DNA of 64,000 bases from Malacoraja senta (taxonomy: Eukaryota): assembly GCA_038087875.1 (NCBI GenBank), contig CM075977.1, positions 310,496,001 through 310,560,000 of the forward strand, in the 5' to 3' direction. Of this stretch, positions 37,641-50,409 are shown one piece after another (position 1 is the first letter of the stretch; each line of letters opens with the position of its first letter). A program made the position numbers and the translations under genes. Under the pieces are notes generated by a model. The model saw only the letters and a list, made by a program, of their open reading frames with translations. It did not search any database and was not told where the DNA came from.

Positions 37641-38279
37641 CTGTTAAACTTGCTTTCATTAAGCGATTTATGTTTCTAAACTACTAAACTTAACTCTCTC
37701 ATGTGAGCTTCCCCACTGTTGGATCTCCATGGGTTAAATACAGGTTCACATCAGGTTTCCAACCCACCAATAATTCACTCCCCATTACAAAACCCTCCAC
37801 TCAGAGGTTATAATATGGCCCCTGTACATGCAAATATCACATTTCTTCAAGAAGCTTGGAAAATGCTACACATCTTCTTCCAACCTATTTGGGGCTATTC
37901 TCAGTGTTAAATTTAATCTCTTGATATTGTAATGTATTCATCTCCAAGGTTGAAAATAATGGATTCTGAACTATTCTCTTTCCCACCAACAGGTGAAGAC
38001 ATAAATTAGATCAATTGATCCCATTTTTGGGGCGGACAGATTAGTGAAATGTAGGCTCAGTGCATCTGCCACACTACATGCTTCTTTCAGGTGTCCTCCC
38101 TTTCCTTACAGATTGACTAGTGTAGAATCAATTGATCCATACATATCTAATGGGGTTATATTGTTTGAGATGCAGTCTCATACTGAGTTGTTAAACTGTT
38201 GTGCCTGTTTGGATGGATAAGAAATAAACCATGGCACTATTTAAAGGAGAGCTGAGGCTTCAGAGGAAAGAAGAGGAGA

Positions 38280-38625
38280 GACACTTCACATTCCTCACGC
38301 TGCCTCAGCAAGGCCAACAGCATATTCGAGGGTGAGTCGCATTCCAGCCATTCCCTCTTCTCCCTTCTCCCATCGGAAAAAGGTTATAGAAGTGTGAAAA
38401 CGCACGCCTCCAGATTCAGGGACAGTTTCTTCCCAGCTGTTATCAGCCAACAGAAGTATCTTTGATTGATCTTACTGGACTTTATCTTGCACTAAATGTT
38501 ATTTATGTTACCGCTTTTAGTGTGGATGGCTCGATTGTAATCATGTATTCTCTTTAAACTGACTGGTTAGCACGCAACAAAAGCTTTTCCCTGTACCACG
38601 GCACACGTGACAATAAATAAACTCA
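38280..38625 (+). mobile_element. Rex1/Babar 3' fragment; the same 3' UTR recurs at about 40230-40465, 41905-42060, 59965-60140 and 13785-13900 (minus)
   Basis: RCLSKANSI...HSLFSLLPS..RSVKTHASRFRDSFFPAVI; UTR CTGACTGGTTAGCACGCAACAAAAGCTTTT...GTGACAATAAA. Confidence 0.8.
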
Positions 38626-38807
38626 AAATTCCCAGGCCAACATATCAACCAATTGTGCCATCGAATACATTGTCTCAATTGTATGTTGGATTATAAGCAA
38701 AGACCTACTGTGGTTGCCTCAAATATTTGTCTGCTTATGTGCACCATGTTATCTTCTTCAGCAGTTGGCAATTCAGAATCAATCTTTGCTGGCGCGAAAG
38801 ATAATGA

Positions 38808-38988
38808 GTAGGAAGGAACTGCAGATGCTGGTTGAAACCTAAGATAGACACAGAAAGCTGGAGTAACTCAACAGGCAGACAGCATCTCTAGAGGAAAGGA
38901 ATAGATGACATTTTGGGTCAAGACACTTCTTCACACTTCTTCAGTCTGAAGAAGGGTCTCGACATGAAACGTCACCTATTCCTTTTCT
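38808..38988. mobile_element. Palindromic Penelope-derived element with hammerhead motif
   Basis: Antisense arm then sense arm (CTGAAGAAGGGTCTCGACATGAAACGTC at 38946-38973); exact 13-bp TSD CGAAAGATAATGA (38795-38807, 38989-39001). Confidence 0.85.
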
Positions 38989-40038
38989 CGAAAGATAATG
39001 ACGTCCATTTCCAAGTCATGTTGTGTCACTTTGGAAATTAAACTGGGCACAGATCATCCACATTGACGATCCATTTTTTCTGCTGGGGTCTGTGGGACGT
39101 CAATTTTCCTTCTCCCACACCCTATTTGGAGCAGCATGGAAGAACTTGGTTTAATTGCCCTGAGACAGACCATCATTGACTATCGTCAGGGATGCTGATC
39201 TTCCCAACTGTGCTAGACTAAAACGTATGCTAGATCATCAATTAATCCGTCCATCCTCTGGCCGTCTCACTGCCATCCCCACATTCCTTCAATCCCTCCA
39301 GCAACTCCCCATCTCATCATTGCCCATCACCCATCCCCACACCATCGACTTTCTGCCCCACCACCATACATAGAGTCATAGAGTGATACAGTATGGAAAC
39401 AGGCCCTTCAGCCCAACTTTCCCACACCAGCCAACATGTCCCAGCTACACTAGTTCCACCTGCCTGCGCTTGGTCCATATCCCATCAAACTTGTCCTATC
39501 CATGTAGGTCATACCCAAGACGCCCATATCTATGTAGACATCATATCCATCCATCCATACGTCATAACCAAAGTTTTGAACAGAGTAGCATTTACAAATT
39601 CAAAAGTGTGAGTTTGATCTTCCAGTCACTGGTAACCCGGTTACTAGGCCTCAGATAAAATTAAAGTAGCAGCTAACAACAGGGGATAGTCTGCACTAAC
39701 AGTTGCCCCATATAAATTTCAAAGCATTTTAGTTTGAGTTGTGATAGATATAAATAATCACTTTTTTTTTGCTTTATTTTAAAATACAATCAAACAATTG
39801 TGTTAAATCAGAACATAGGAAATTTGGTTTGAAAGAAGATAAATTGCCTAAACAGCGAGAAAGATGGCATAACATGTGCACTGATACATTGGGGGAACCG
39901 CTTTGTATTTGGTCACTAGCACTCAACACATGTGAAAATGCTGGGCGCATGTTTTACTCAATGTTCTTCATTCAGAACCTTTGAAGTCTACAGAGCTGAA
40001 CGTGTGGCAGTGACCACAAGGAACAGATGATATTCTCA

Positions 40039-40504
40039 GACACAACGTGCTGCAGATGCTGATTTACAAAAGAGACACAAAGTGCTGGAGTAAATCAGCG
40101 GGCCAGGCAGCATCTCCAGAGGACATGGATAGGTGACAATTTGGGTTGGGACACATCTTCATACAGATTGTACCAGAGGGTCCTGGCCCAAAACATCTGT
40201 CCATTCCCTCCACAGATGTTGCCTGGCCTATTATCAGTCCTGAACTACTATCTACCTCATTGGTAACTCTCGGACTACCTTTGATTAGACTTTACTGGCT
40301 TGAACTTGACCTTGCTCCAAACGTTATTCCCTTATTGTGTATCTATACACTGTAAATGGCTCGATTGTAAATATGAATTATCTTTCCGCTGACTGGTTAA
40401 CAAACTGTATACATGCCTTTGTACACGTGACACGTGACAATAAACTAAACTGAAACTTAAATTGAAACTGACCCATTGAGTTCCTCCAGCATTTTGGGGT
40501 TTGC
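40039..40504. mobile_element. Palindromic Penelope-derived element interrupted by a Rex1 3' UTR
   Basis: Inverted arms; TSD-like AACAGATGATATTCTCA/AACAGGTGAAATTCTCA. Confidence 0.65.
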
Positions 40505-43440
40505 AACAGGTGAAATTCTCATATACATCCAGCAGTCATGAACAAAATATGCATCCAGCAGTAATGAGTGGAAATGTACTTAATTAAAAGAACGGGTAGC
40601 AAAACCTAATTTGCATCTGAGCAGGTCTGAATCAGATCAAACTGGAATATTTGTGCAGTAACTGAGACTACCATGATTTAAGACTATTCAGATTTGTACT
40701 TTGAACTCAACACTTGTTCATTACACCTGCCTGGCTATAGTGGTCCTAAAAAAGTGATTGAGGTTTTTATGAATTTATGTCTGAATCTGACATCTGTTTT
40801 GTGGAACCAAACTCAAAGTCACCGCTTTCCTTACCCTTAGACATGCATCCAGCTGAGATAAGTACAGTCAAGCAGACTTCAGCATGTCCCACCTCTTTCA
40901 AGATCAGAACTGCTGACACACAAGCTCCTGGTGTCTGCTCACCTTTCTTTGAAGCAGTTGAAAAACAAGCCAACAAATTTCCATGAATCTACAAAGATCA
41001 AAATGATGTCTCGTCAAACATCACCTAACTAGTAGGGGATGGAGACAAGCAGATGGCGACTGTGGTTAAATGCTGCCTTGATGTTTTCATTTTGATCCCT
41101 ATACCTAACATTGACCACATGGATACAAGTGGGCATAGCAATTCTGGACTGAGGCCTCTCTATTAGACGCACCACAGATCATGGGGAGTGATTGATTCCT
41201 GGAATTACTCATCTCCTTAGTGTAGGGTGAACAAGTGGAAGAGGAATTACTACCGTTCAAGACAAGTGTTAATTCAAACCAGTCCACCCAGTCATAAGAA
41301 TGAAAGGTTTATGGCCATGTTATGTTATATTTAGGATACAGGGTCCTGAATAAATCCGACTACTAACATGTATTTAATTTTCAACTTTTACAACCGAGCC
41401 ACTATACAAGGGCAGATTTGTTTATTGATTAGCATGTGGAATTTGGGTAAATTGTGTTCAGCCAGATGGTGATTACCATTAAAATTAATTGAATGTAGAT
41501 CCTGCAGGGCATTTTAACTTTCTAATCCAGAATCTTAAAGTGCTCTCTCAATGCATAAAGAAACTTTCACAGGAGATACAATTAGTAAACTCTATCACAG
41601 CTTTATATATAATATATATAAAATTAGAATGTCAGTTTTGTTCTTCTGTAAATAGAGGATGTCAGCACATTCACACAAGGTTAACGGTAGTAGGACTGTT
41701 AAATTACAATAATCATAGTTAATTTTACTGAAGGAAATTATAGTTATTGCAATTGTTATGCTGTCATGCATTTTACCCTTTGCTACGATTTCCAGTGTTT
41801 GGATCTTATCACCAGTCTGAATTTTTGTACAAAATAAAACTCTTCAATGCCAGTTCAAGGAATGTGATTGTCAATCATTTTGTGGGCATGGGGTGGAAAA
41901 ACTGTCTTTACCTTGCACTAAACGTTATTCCCTTATCATGCATCTATACAATGTAAATGGCTTGATTATAATCTTGTACTATATTTCTGCTGACTGGTTA
42001 CCATGCAACAAAAGCTTTGCTCTGAACCTCGGTACATGTGACAATAAACTAAACTGAAACTAAAGGGATTTGAGATGCTTCTCCATTGTAGATCTGGAAT
42101 ATTTGGACCTCAATCAAAAAATCCATTTAAGGTGCAGGTGAAAGTGGCTTGTATCAATGCCATGCTGTTCCACTTGCCCATGGATGAGGTAGGACTGGGA
42201 ACCCTGCCTCTGAACCCCAATGAATCAAGTAGAAATTTCAGGTCAGGTCAGAATCGCAACCTGGCATCATTGAACGAGTAGCTGATTGAAAAGTTGGCTC
42301 TCCTTGCACGATTGGAGAGACATCTTCAGCTGAACATAAGAAAATCAGAGCAGAACCAGGAAGTAGGCTGCCCCAGGCCTCATCTCTTCTTCTGTGCCAG
42401 TAACATGCAAAACAATCAAATACTCAGTCCCCATTGGGGTGGGTGCTCCACAAATTTTGTGGACTGCTTCCAATAATTATTTCTTTATCTGGTTGGCACA
42501 ACGTCACCATTTCCATCTATAAATATTTCTGCAGACAGTGAAAAGCCTTTGATTCAGCAAACGGATGGTCTCTACTTCACACTGATTTGAAAAGGAAATG
42601 CTTTGAATGTCAGAAGTTTGCAAATATGCATTTACTGTAAAACGGTTAATATTTTGGTGAAGCATCAACCTGTCTTAGCAACAGTTCATCCAATCCCATC
42701 TCTTCAAAGAAAGCTATTTTTAATTCTCAGATTAGTGCATAACCTTGACATTTACTTTATTTTTACAAATCCTGTTCATTTTAAGTGTGCTGATGACTTC
42801 ATTGAAGTGGCATGTATGAATTCAGTATTAACATGCTACATTCTACTCAAAATACCACATAAAACACCTCTATGTTTAGCTATGCCAGGCCCATAATAAA
42901 TTAGTTGTTTGGTGAGCAGTTTTGCCCAGCATTAAAAGGAGATCGGTTTCAAATTTAACCCTCACAATTTAGTTAAGCCTTTAATTGTGATTTTCAGTGC
43001 AATAAAGACTTACTCAAAAGTATTCCAGCAGATTTATTTGTGATGAAGGCGCAAGTGGAAACTGTATGAATAGACTGTCAATTCATGTGAACTTGTATGT
43101 TGTCCAACATTTTATTTCAGGGAAGATCAAGACATCCTCGAGATAGAAATGCATTTCTTGGTTTGTTCCTCAAGTACAGAATTCATGACCATTGTTTTAC
43201 GCAGTCTCCTTGGATTTCTAACTGAAGTACTGGGACACACAGAGGTCCCAGACGTCACCTGCGCTCCTGTGATTGATGTACTATTTGGAAACAACAATTT
43301 ATGAGATGAGGGTTGTTTAAAACTATGGTATTCAAGAAATGTTGGTGCTTACAAAATCTTAAAAATAGTAAAAATATTTTAACACTGTTAAAATTGAAAA
43401 TACCAACGCTTGAATAAGATTAAAACAGGCACTCTTAATA

Positions 43441-43672
43441 TGTAAGAAGGAACTGCAGATGCTGGTTTAAACCAAAGATAGACACAAAACGCTGGAGTAC
43501 CACAGCGGGACAAGCAGCATCTCTGGAGAGAAGGAATGGGTGACGAAGAAGGGTTTTGACCCGAAATGTTACCCATTCCTTCTCTCCAGAGATGCTGCCT
43601 GTCCCGCTGAGTTACTCTAGCATTTTGTGTCTACCTTCGATCTTACCAGCATCTGCAGTTCTTTCTTACACA
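43441..43672. mobile_element. Palindromic Penelope-derived element with arms of about 100 bp
   Basis: GTAAGAAGGAACTGCAGATGCTGG...CCAGCATCTGCAGTTCTTTCTTAC, with a hammerhead remnant at the centre. Confidence 0.85.
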
Positions 43673-44419
43673 TAGAACTGTGCAGCACAAGTTCGGACCA
43701 CAATGGTCATGCCAAACATGAAGTCAAGGTATATTAATCTCATCTGCCTGCACGTGATCTATATCCCTCCATTTCCTGCATCCTAAGTGCCTATCCAAAA
43801 ATATCTTATATGCCATGATCATATCTGCCTCCACCACCACTCCTGGCAGCACGCTCCACTCTCTGGGTAAACAAAAGACTTGCCTCGCACATCTCCTTTA
43901 AACTTTGTCTCACTCACCTTAAAGCGATGCCCTTTAGTCTTTCGCATTTGGGAAAGATGTTCAAAAGGTTTACGCAGTGAGGTCAGAGTTGATCTGATCT
44001 TGGCTTCAGCTTTATTTTCCTGTTCACTCCTTGTTTTCTTTTCTGAGAGGACCAATTCCCAATAGAAACACTAAGTACTAGTGCCACTAAGTACTTCAGT
44101 TCCTAAACCAAGGAGACTGGGTAAAACAATGCTTATGAATTCTGTGCTTGAGGAACAAACCAATAAATGCATTTCTATTTCTAGTGTTTTTGTTCTAAAA
44201 ATACACTAACGAAGCACTGGACATGTACAAGACAATTTTGCTTTTGGAAGCCTATAACTATATATTCTTACAGCATTAAAGGAGGTGGTCAACACTATGC
44301 CAACAGTCACCGCATTCCCATTTGTCTGATTGCCTGCAACCTCTTTACATTCGCATCCTCCCATATATATAGACCTTCAGTCAATGCTCTTGAATATCTG
44401 TGGATAGTCAGGAACAGCT

Positions 44420-44690
44420 TGGAAACAGACCCTTCAGCCCATCGATTCCATGCCGACCATCGATCACTCAAACACTAGTTCTATCCTACATACTAGGGTA
44501 AATTTATAGAAGCCAATTAACCCACAAACCTCACGTGTTTGGAATGTGGGAAGAAACAGGAGCACCCGGAGAAAACCCAGGCAGTCACAGGGACAACGTA
44601 CAAACTCCATACAGACAGCACTCGTAGTCATGATCAAACGCAGGTCTCGGGCGCTGTAAGGCAGCAACTCTACCGCTGCGTTACTGTACC
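44420..44690 (-). mobile_element. tRNA-derived V-SINE (HE1-like)
   Basis: CGCAGCGGTAGAGTTGCTGCCTTACAGCGCC head, V domain. Confidence 0.85.
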
Positions 44691-44959
44691 GCAGTATTAA
44701 ATGTTCTGGCTGAAATTATAGTTGATGGAGAATCAACAACATTTCAAAAAGGAATTTCACATGATAAGATTTGCCAAACTCTGTAGAAAAAGCCGTTTGA
44801 GAAAATTGTTGAGTCATTTCAAAGAATCGGTTTAAATTCTGAGTAGTTCTGTTTTCTGTAACAATAGGACATTCTTAGTCCAAAAGACATGCTGTGCATG
44901 GCATCAAAAATTCTCAAGCATATCCATGAAAAGCAGAGGAGGTCTATTTCTTAATTTAC

Positions 44960-45480
44960 GAAAAGCAAGCTAGGTTAGATGAATCCATGATGAATCCAGG
45001 ATGGTGTAGGAGCAAGGGCTTTAGACTCTTTCTTCACTGGGAAGATGTGTGAGGAGAGTGGGACCTGTACAAGCAGGACTGAATTGGAATGAGTTCAATG
45101 TCCTTGCAGGGAGGTTTGCTCATGCTGTTGGTGGGAGGTTATACTAATATTGCAGGGAAATGACACAGAGCAGATGTATAATCGAATATAATAGAAAAAA
45201 CCAAGGACAGTCCAGCAGGCAGACAGAAATGGACTTGTAAAAGCACATGGGAGAATTGTAAGGCTAAATTACATCCACAGTATTTTAATGCTAGAAAGCT
45301 AACTCGTTAGATTGCAGGGAATAGAAACCAGACATGATAGGGGATGAAGAAGCAAAGAGGAAGATGCAATGCAATATTCATCAAGGAAATTAGCAAGAGG
45401 GGCAACCAGGGACGAAAATAAGGACATTAGGATCAAACAACAATTAATGTGTGGAGCCTAAGAACCTGGGTGAGGTCTTA
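44960..45480 (+). mobile_element. Old CR1 ORF1-end/ORF2-start remnant
   Basis: LNWNEFNVLAGRFAHAVG resembles the CR1 ORF1 esterase C-terminus. Confidence 0.55.
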
Positions 45481-45699
45481 ATTGTGTATACCTTTATAGC
45501 ACACACAGTGCTGGAATAACTCAACAGGTCAAGCAGCATCTCTGGAGTACATGGATAGGTAATTTTTCAGGTCCGATTTCTTCTTCAGACTGTCAGGTTC
45601 TTCACCAGCCTCCTCTGCTCCAAAGAAAACCAACCCAACCTATCCAACTTCAGCCCATAACTGAAACACTTCATGCCAATACAATCTTGGTAGAATGAA

Positions 45700-45904
45700 G
45701 AAACAAAGAACTGCAGATGCAGATTAATAAACAAAAGAACACAAAGTGCAAGAGTAACTCAGCAAGTCAGGCAGCATCTCTGGAGAACATAGGTAGGTGA
45801 CGCTTTGGGTTGATTCCCTTCTTCAGACAAAGAAGGGTCTCGACCCGAAACATTACTTATCTATGTTCTCCAGAGATGCTGCCTGGCCCGCTGAGTTACT
45901 CCAG
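45700..45904. mobile_element. Palindromic Penelope-derived element; a further single-arm copy lies at about 45500-45590
   Basis: Inverted arms with GAAGGGTCTCGACCCGAAAC core. Confidence 0.75.
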
Positions 45905-46599
45905 TCTTGGAAAATCTCCTGTGCAGTGTAATCACTACCTTCCTATTGTGTGGCAACCTAAATATATCTAATTCTCCAGCTGTATTCTAACCAAGGTTTT
46001 ATGAAGTTGTATCATGACCTCCATACACAGACGTACTCCAAGATCTCTCTGTTCCTTAAAACTCTCTAACAATCATGTTGTATGTACCACTTATATTATA
46101 TCCCCCAAAATGGATCACCTTCCCCTTTTCAGGATTAAGTTCCAAACTCCCATTGCTCTTGCCAATTTACTCGAACTACCTATTTCTGTACTCAATGACC
46201 TTAAAGAAGTACAGGTACATATAGTGAGTATTAAAGTAGGTGCAGGAAGAAATACAACAGGTTAAATGTTATCACAATATACTGTATTTTAAAGGAGATT
46301 GAGTCCAGGGAGGATCCAATGTGGCATATCAAAATAAAAGAAACCCTGTGCTCAGATCCAAGCAAGCAATTGACATATTACAAATTATTTGCATGTTAAG
46401 AAAGTGAATGTCTCAGGAACCTTTTATTTCTGATGTCAACAATTCCTATTCATTTAACATATCACCAAGTGTATAATAGAAATCTGACCATGCATTCATG
46501 TTTGCTACTTTATTTCATAATTTACTTACTTACTCACACATATCAGCACCATTTAACACCCTTCTAAGCACTTAAGATAGCCGGTCCATGATGGAAGTT

Positions 46600-47500
46600 T
46601 CATTAAGCCCCATTTGGAGAATTGTGTGCAGTTCTGATTGCCCCATCACAGGAAGGATGTGGAGGCTTTGGAGAAGGTGCAGAAGATGTTTACCAGGATG
46701 CTTCCTGGATTTTAGGATATTAGCTATAAGGAGAGGTTGGACAGACATATTGATTTCCCTGGAGCATTGGAGGATGACAGGAGACCTGGCAGAGGTTTAT
46801 GAAATTATGAGGCATAGTTAGGGTAGACAGTAAGAATCTTTGTGGAGAGGATACTTCCACAAGTGGGTGAGTCTAGGACTAGAGGTCATAGCCTCAGAAT
46901 TAAAGGACGTTCTTTTGGGAAGGAGATGAGGAGAAATTTCTTTAGTCAGATGTGTGGTGAATCTGTGGAATTCTTTGCCACAGAAGGTTGTGGATGCCAA
47001 GTCAGTGCATATTTTTAAGGCAGAGATAGATAGATTCTTGATTAGTACAGTTGTCAGAGGTTATGGGGAGAAGGCAGAAGAATGGGGTTAGGAAGGAGAG
47101 ATAGATTAGCCATGATGATTGACGGAGTAGACAATGGGCCCAATGGCCTAATTCTACTATTCCTTATGACCTTATAACCTTTCTCCCAAGGTAAAAATGT
47201 TAAATACTGGAGAACACAGTTACTGTATAAGGACAAAGGGACAAGGTTCAACGGAGATGGGTGTGTGAAGTAAGTTTCTTTTACAAAGAGGGTGAGAGAT
47301 GCCTGGAGCGTGCTGTCAGGTGTGCTGGTGGAAGCAGATGCTACAGTGGCACTTAAGAGACTTTTAGATAGATACATGATTATTCAGGAAATGGGGGGAC
47401 ATGGAGCATGTGCAAGCAGAAGGATTAGTTTAAGTTGGTTACATGTTTGGCACAGACATTGTGGACCAAAGGCACTGTTCCTTTGCTGTGCTCTTTTATA
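46600..47500 (+). mobile_element. Nested CR1 3' fragments
   Basis: PHLENCVQF, GDLAEVYEIMR, RTRGHSLRIKG, CR1 3' UTRs. Confidence 0.75.
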
Positions 47501-48057
47501 GAGACACAAGAGACTATGGATGCTGGTGTCATGAACTAAAAACAAAGTACCTGAGGAACTCAGCATGTGAGGCAGCACCTGTGAAGAAAATGGATGTTTC
47601 AGGTCCAGGGCCCTTCTTCAGACTGATCAGTGCTGTTCTATGTTCTATGTTCTCTCCAAATGTTCAGGGTTAAACTCCCGAGTTATCTTGCTGTGGAACA
47701 TTATATCATTTTTCAAATCGATTTCTTAACATAAAATCTAATGCAACAAATTAAACTTCAGCTACTGTACAATTCAACGGGAGGGATCATTTTAGCTGAA
47801 ATGGGAAGCCAAGTGTAAGCAGCATATTTTGGGAACCTAAGAGCAAAATGCTTTATAATCCAAATGGTGTAAATAGGCTCATTTTAAGTCTGAGTGTGTT
47901 TTAATTGTTCATTGTGAAATTTTGTGCGATTAACAAAATGGAAACAATGTACAATTTGCAGTCATCCCATTACACAAATAAAGCATGATGTAAATTATGA
48001 AGTGTTTATCACAATTTGTTTATCACAAATTCATTTTATGTAGATGAAGGAAAGATT

Positions 48058-48141
48058 CAAAGTGCTGGATTAACTCAACAGGTCAGGCAACATCTCTGGT
48101 GAACATGGACAGGTGATGTTTTAGGGTCGGGACCCTTCTTT
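48058..48141 (-). mobile_element. Penelope-derived short element
   Basis: Family sequence; exact 10-bp TSD AGGAAAGATT (48048-48057, 48142-48151). Confidence 0.7.
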
Positions 48142-49189
48142 AGGAAAGATTGACTGGAATTGAAAATCATTTGAATTTGGAAATTCATTTTTTTAAACTG
48201 GCTTTGCATCATATGACACATGCTGTGAAACTGGCCTCTCTTTTGGCACAGGTTTCATGCCAGAAAGTGGGCTTTTGCGATTCTTCTCAATAATGATCTG
48301 CTTCATTGCCAGACAGGCAGACAGTGATTGGCGCATAATTGGTGGTAACATTACTAATCTGTTGTCATTACTGCCACGTTTCTGAATTCTGAGCTCTGAG
48401 CCTGGCAGTGTAAAGGGGGCCACCCAGGGGAAACAATGCGAGGCCAAAAAGAAACAATCTTCAGTTGCAAGGCAGCTGGAAAGTAAGCTTTCGATTCACA
48501 GTTGGCATCTAATCCCTACTTGGCTTTAGCTGATGTTCTCTTTGTCCATTGCAACACAAATTGTGGACAGGAGCATTGACAATGAGCACTGAATCTTCTC
48601 AAAAGTGTGTGAAGGCTGATTTTAAAATGTTGAGCACATACAGTAATTAAAAACTACAGGTGAATTGATATGAAATCTGTCTCAATATACTGTAACTGTC
48701 AACGTAGCTGATAGGAAGCAACACTGGAAATAAAGATGCTGGGGCACACCTTAGGAAAATTGCTGCTTTGGACATAAATGAGGAATTTCATAGCAATTGT
48801 ATAATATGCTCCTACAGTATTCCTTTCTCCCCCATGTTAACAAATAATCAATCTATTTGAAAGTCATCCATTTATTTAAAATACTTAAGTTAAATTATAA
48901 CTAAAACATTTCACAGCTGATTAAGTACTTTGGAAACGTGGACATTTTTAGAATAGAACAGTTCTTACATAGATACATCTATATTACTAAAAGTCTGATC
49001 TTGACCACTTCCTGTTGTTCTGTATATTGATTTTAGAAAAAACGCTGCCACTTCCGGCTGTGATTTTTGGCCATCTCACTCAGAGTCTCCCCACGCTGTG
49101 CAGGACAAGAGGATTTTTCCCATTGATGAAAAATAAAAGAGTTATTAGTGTTTAAAAAATGTTGAGATTCTCTCTCCTGAAGGCCAGGC

Positions 49190-49256
49190 CCCTTCCGGAG
49201 GGACTATAAAACCTGGAAGTGTTGAGTGCCTCAGTCAGTCTCTGCAAGATGGGGGA
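49190..49256 (+). promoter_or_regulatory. Putative Pol II core promoter inside the Helitron cassette
   Basis: TATAAAA 49205-49211, GGAAGT just downstream, TCAGTC Inr-like about 30 nt downstream, CAAGATGG YY1-like; spacing kept in paralogous cassettes. Confidence 0.45.
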
Positions 49257-49377
49257 AGCGAGAGGGTCATGTCTCTCAGTCTGAGCTGTGAATAACACTG
49301 AACACATGTCTACTAAACTGTGAGTGTGGTTTTACTGACCTTGAGTGCACTTAATGTAGTTTGAAAATGAAAATAGT

Positions 49378-49840
49378 GTTGCTTTGAAATACTGCACTGC
49401 AAATGGTTGTTAGTGGTGGTTGCTTTGAAATACTGCACTGCAAAAGGTCGTTGGTGGTAGTTGCTTTGAAATGCTACACTGCAAAATGTTGTTAGTGGTG
49501 GTTGCTTTGAAATGCTGCACTGCAAATGGTTGTTGGTGGTGGTTGCTTTGAAATGCTGCACTGCAAATGGTTGTTGGTGGTGGTTGATTTGAAATGCTGC
49601 ACTGCAAATGGTTGTTGGTGGTGGTTGCTTTGAAATGCTGCACTGCAAATGGTTGTTGGTGGTGGTTGCTTTGAAATGCTGCACTGCAAATGGTTGTTGG
49701 TGGTGGTTGCTTTGAAAAGCTGCACTGCAAATGGTTGTTGGTGGTGGTTGCTTTGAAATGCTGCACTGCAAATGGTTGTTGGTGGTGGTTGCTTTGAAAT
49801 GCTGCACTGCAAATGGTTGTTGGTGGTGGTTGCCTTGAAA
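49378..49840. repeat. 41-bp minisatellite, about 11 copies
   Basis: Unit GGTGGTTGCTTTGAAATGCTGCACTGCAAATGGTTGTTGGT. Confidence 0.95.
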
Positions 49841-50409
49841 TGGCAAATGATTAAAAGTCTAAACTTGACAACTTCCTGTTTGCACTGCATGTTGATTTTA
49901 GATAAAATGCTACCACTTATGGCTGTGATTTTTGGCCATCTTACTCAGTCCCCCTCCGCTCATCAGTTGCAGAGGATTCTTCCCATCAATGAAAAATAAA
50001 AGTGTATTAGTGTTTAAATTTTTTGAGAATCTCTCCCCTGTCAATCACACAATGAAGGCCATGCCCCTTCCGGTAGGAGGGGGGAGGGAGAGGTCACCCG
50101 GAAGTGTGGGTGTGACTGAGTCTCTGCAAGATGGGGGAGGGAGAGGTCACGACTCTGCAGGGCTCTCACTTAACTTTTTTTCCCTTTTGCCAGCCAGGCA
50201 ACCTAGGCAGCATTTTAGGTTGCCAAATGATAGTTTATGTGGTCATTTAAGAAGGTTTGCATGACGCGTGCGATAATGTGCTTGGACGAAGTACGTAGTT
50301 ACCAGTCGGAATTATGCTCAATAAAGCATTCACATATTATTTCTGCTTCAAATAAAGTCACAAACTAAACATATTCACCAATCAAGACATGATATATACC
50401 ACAATGACG

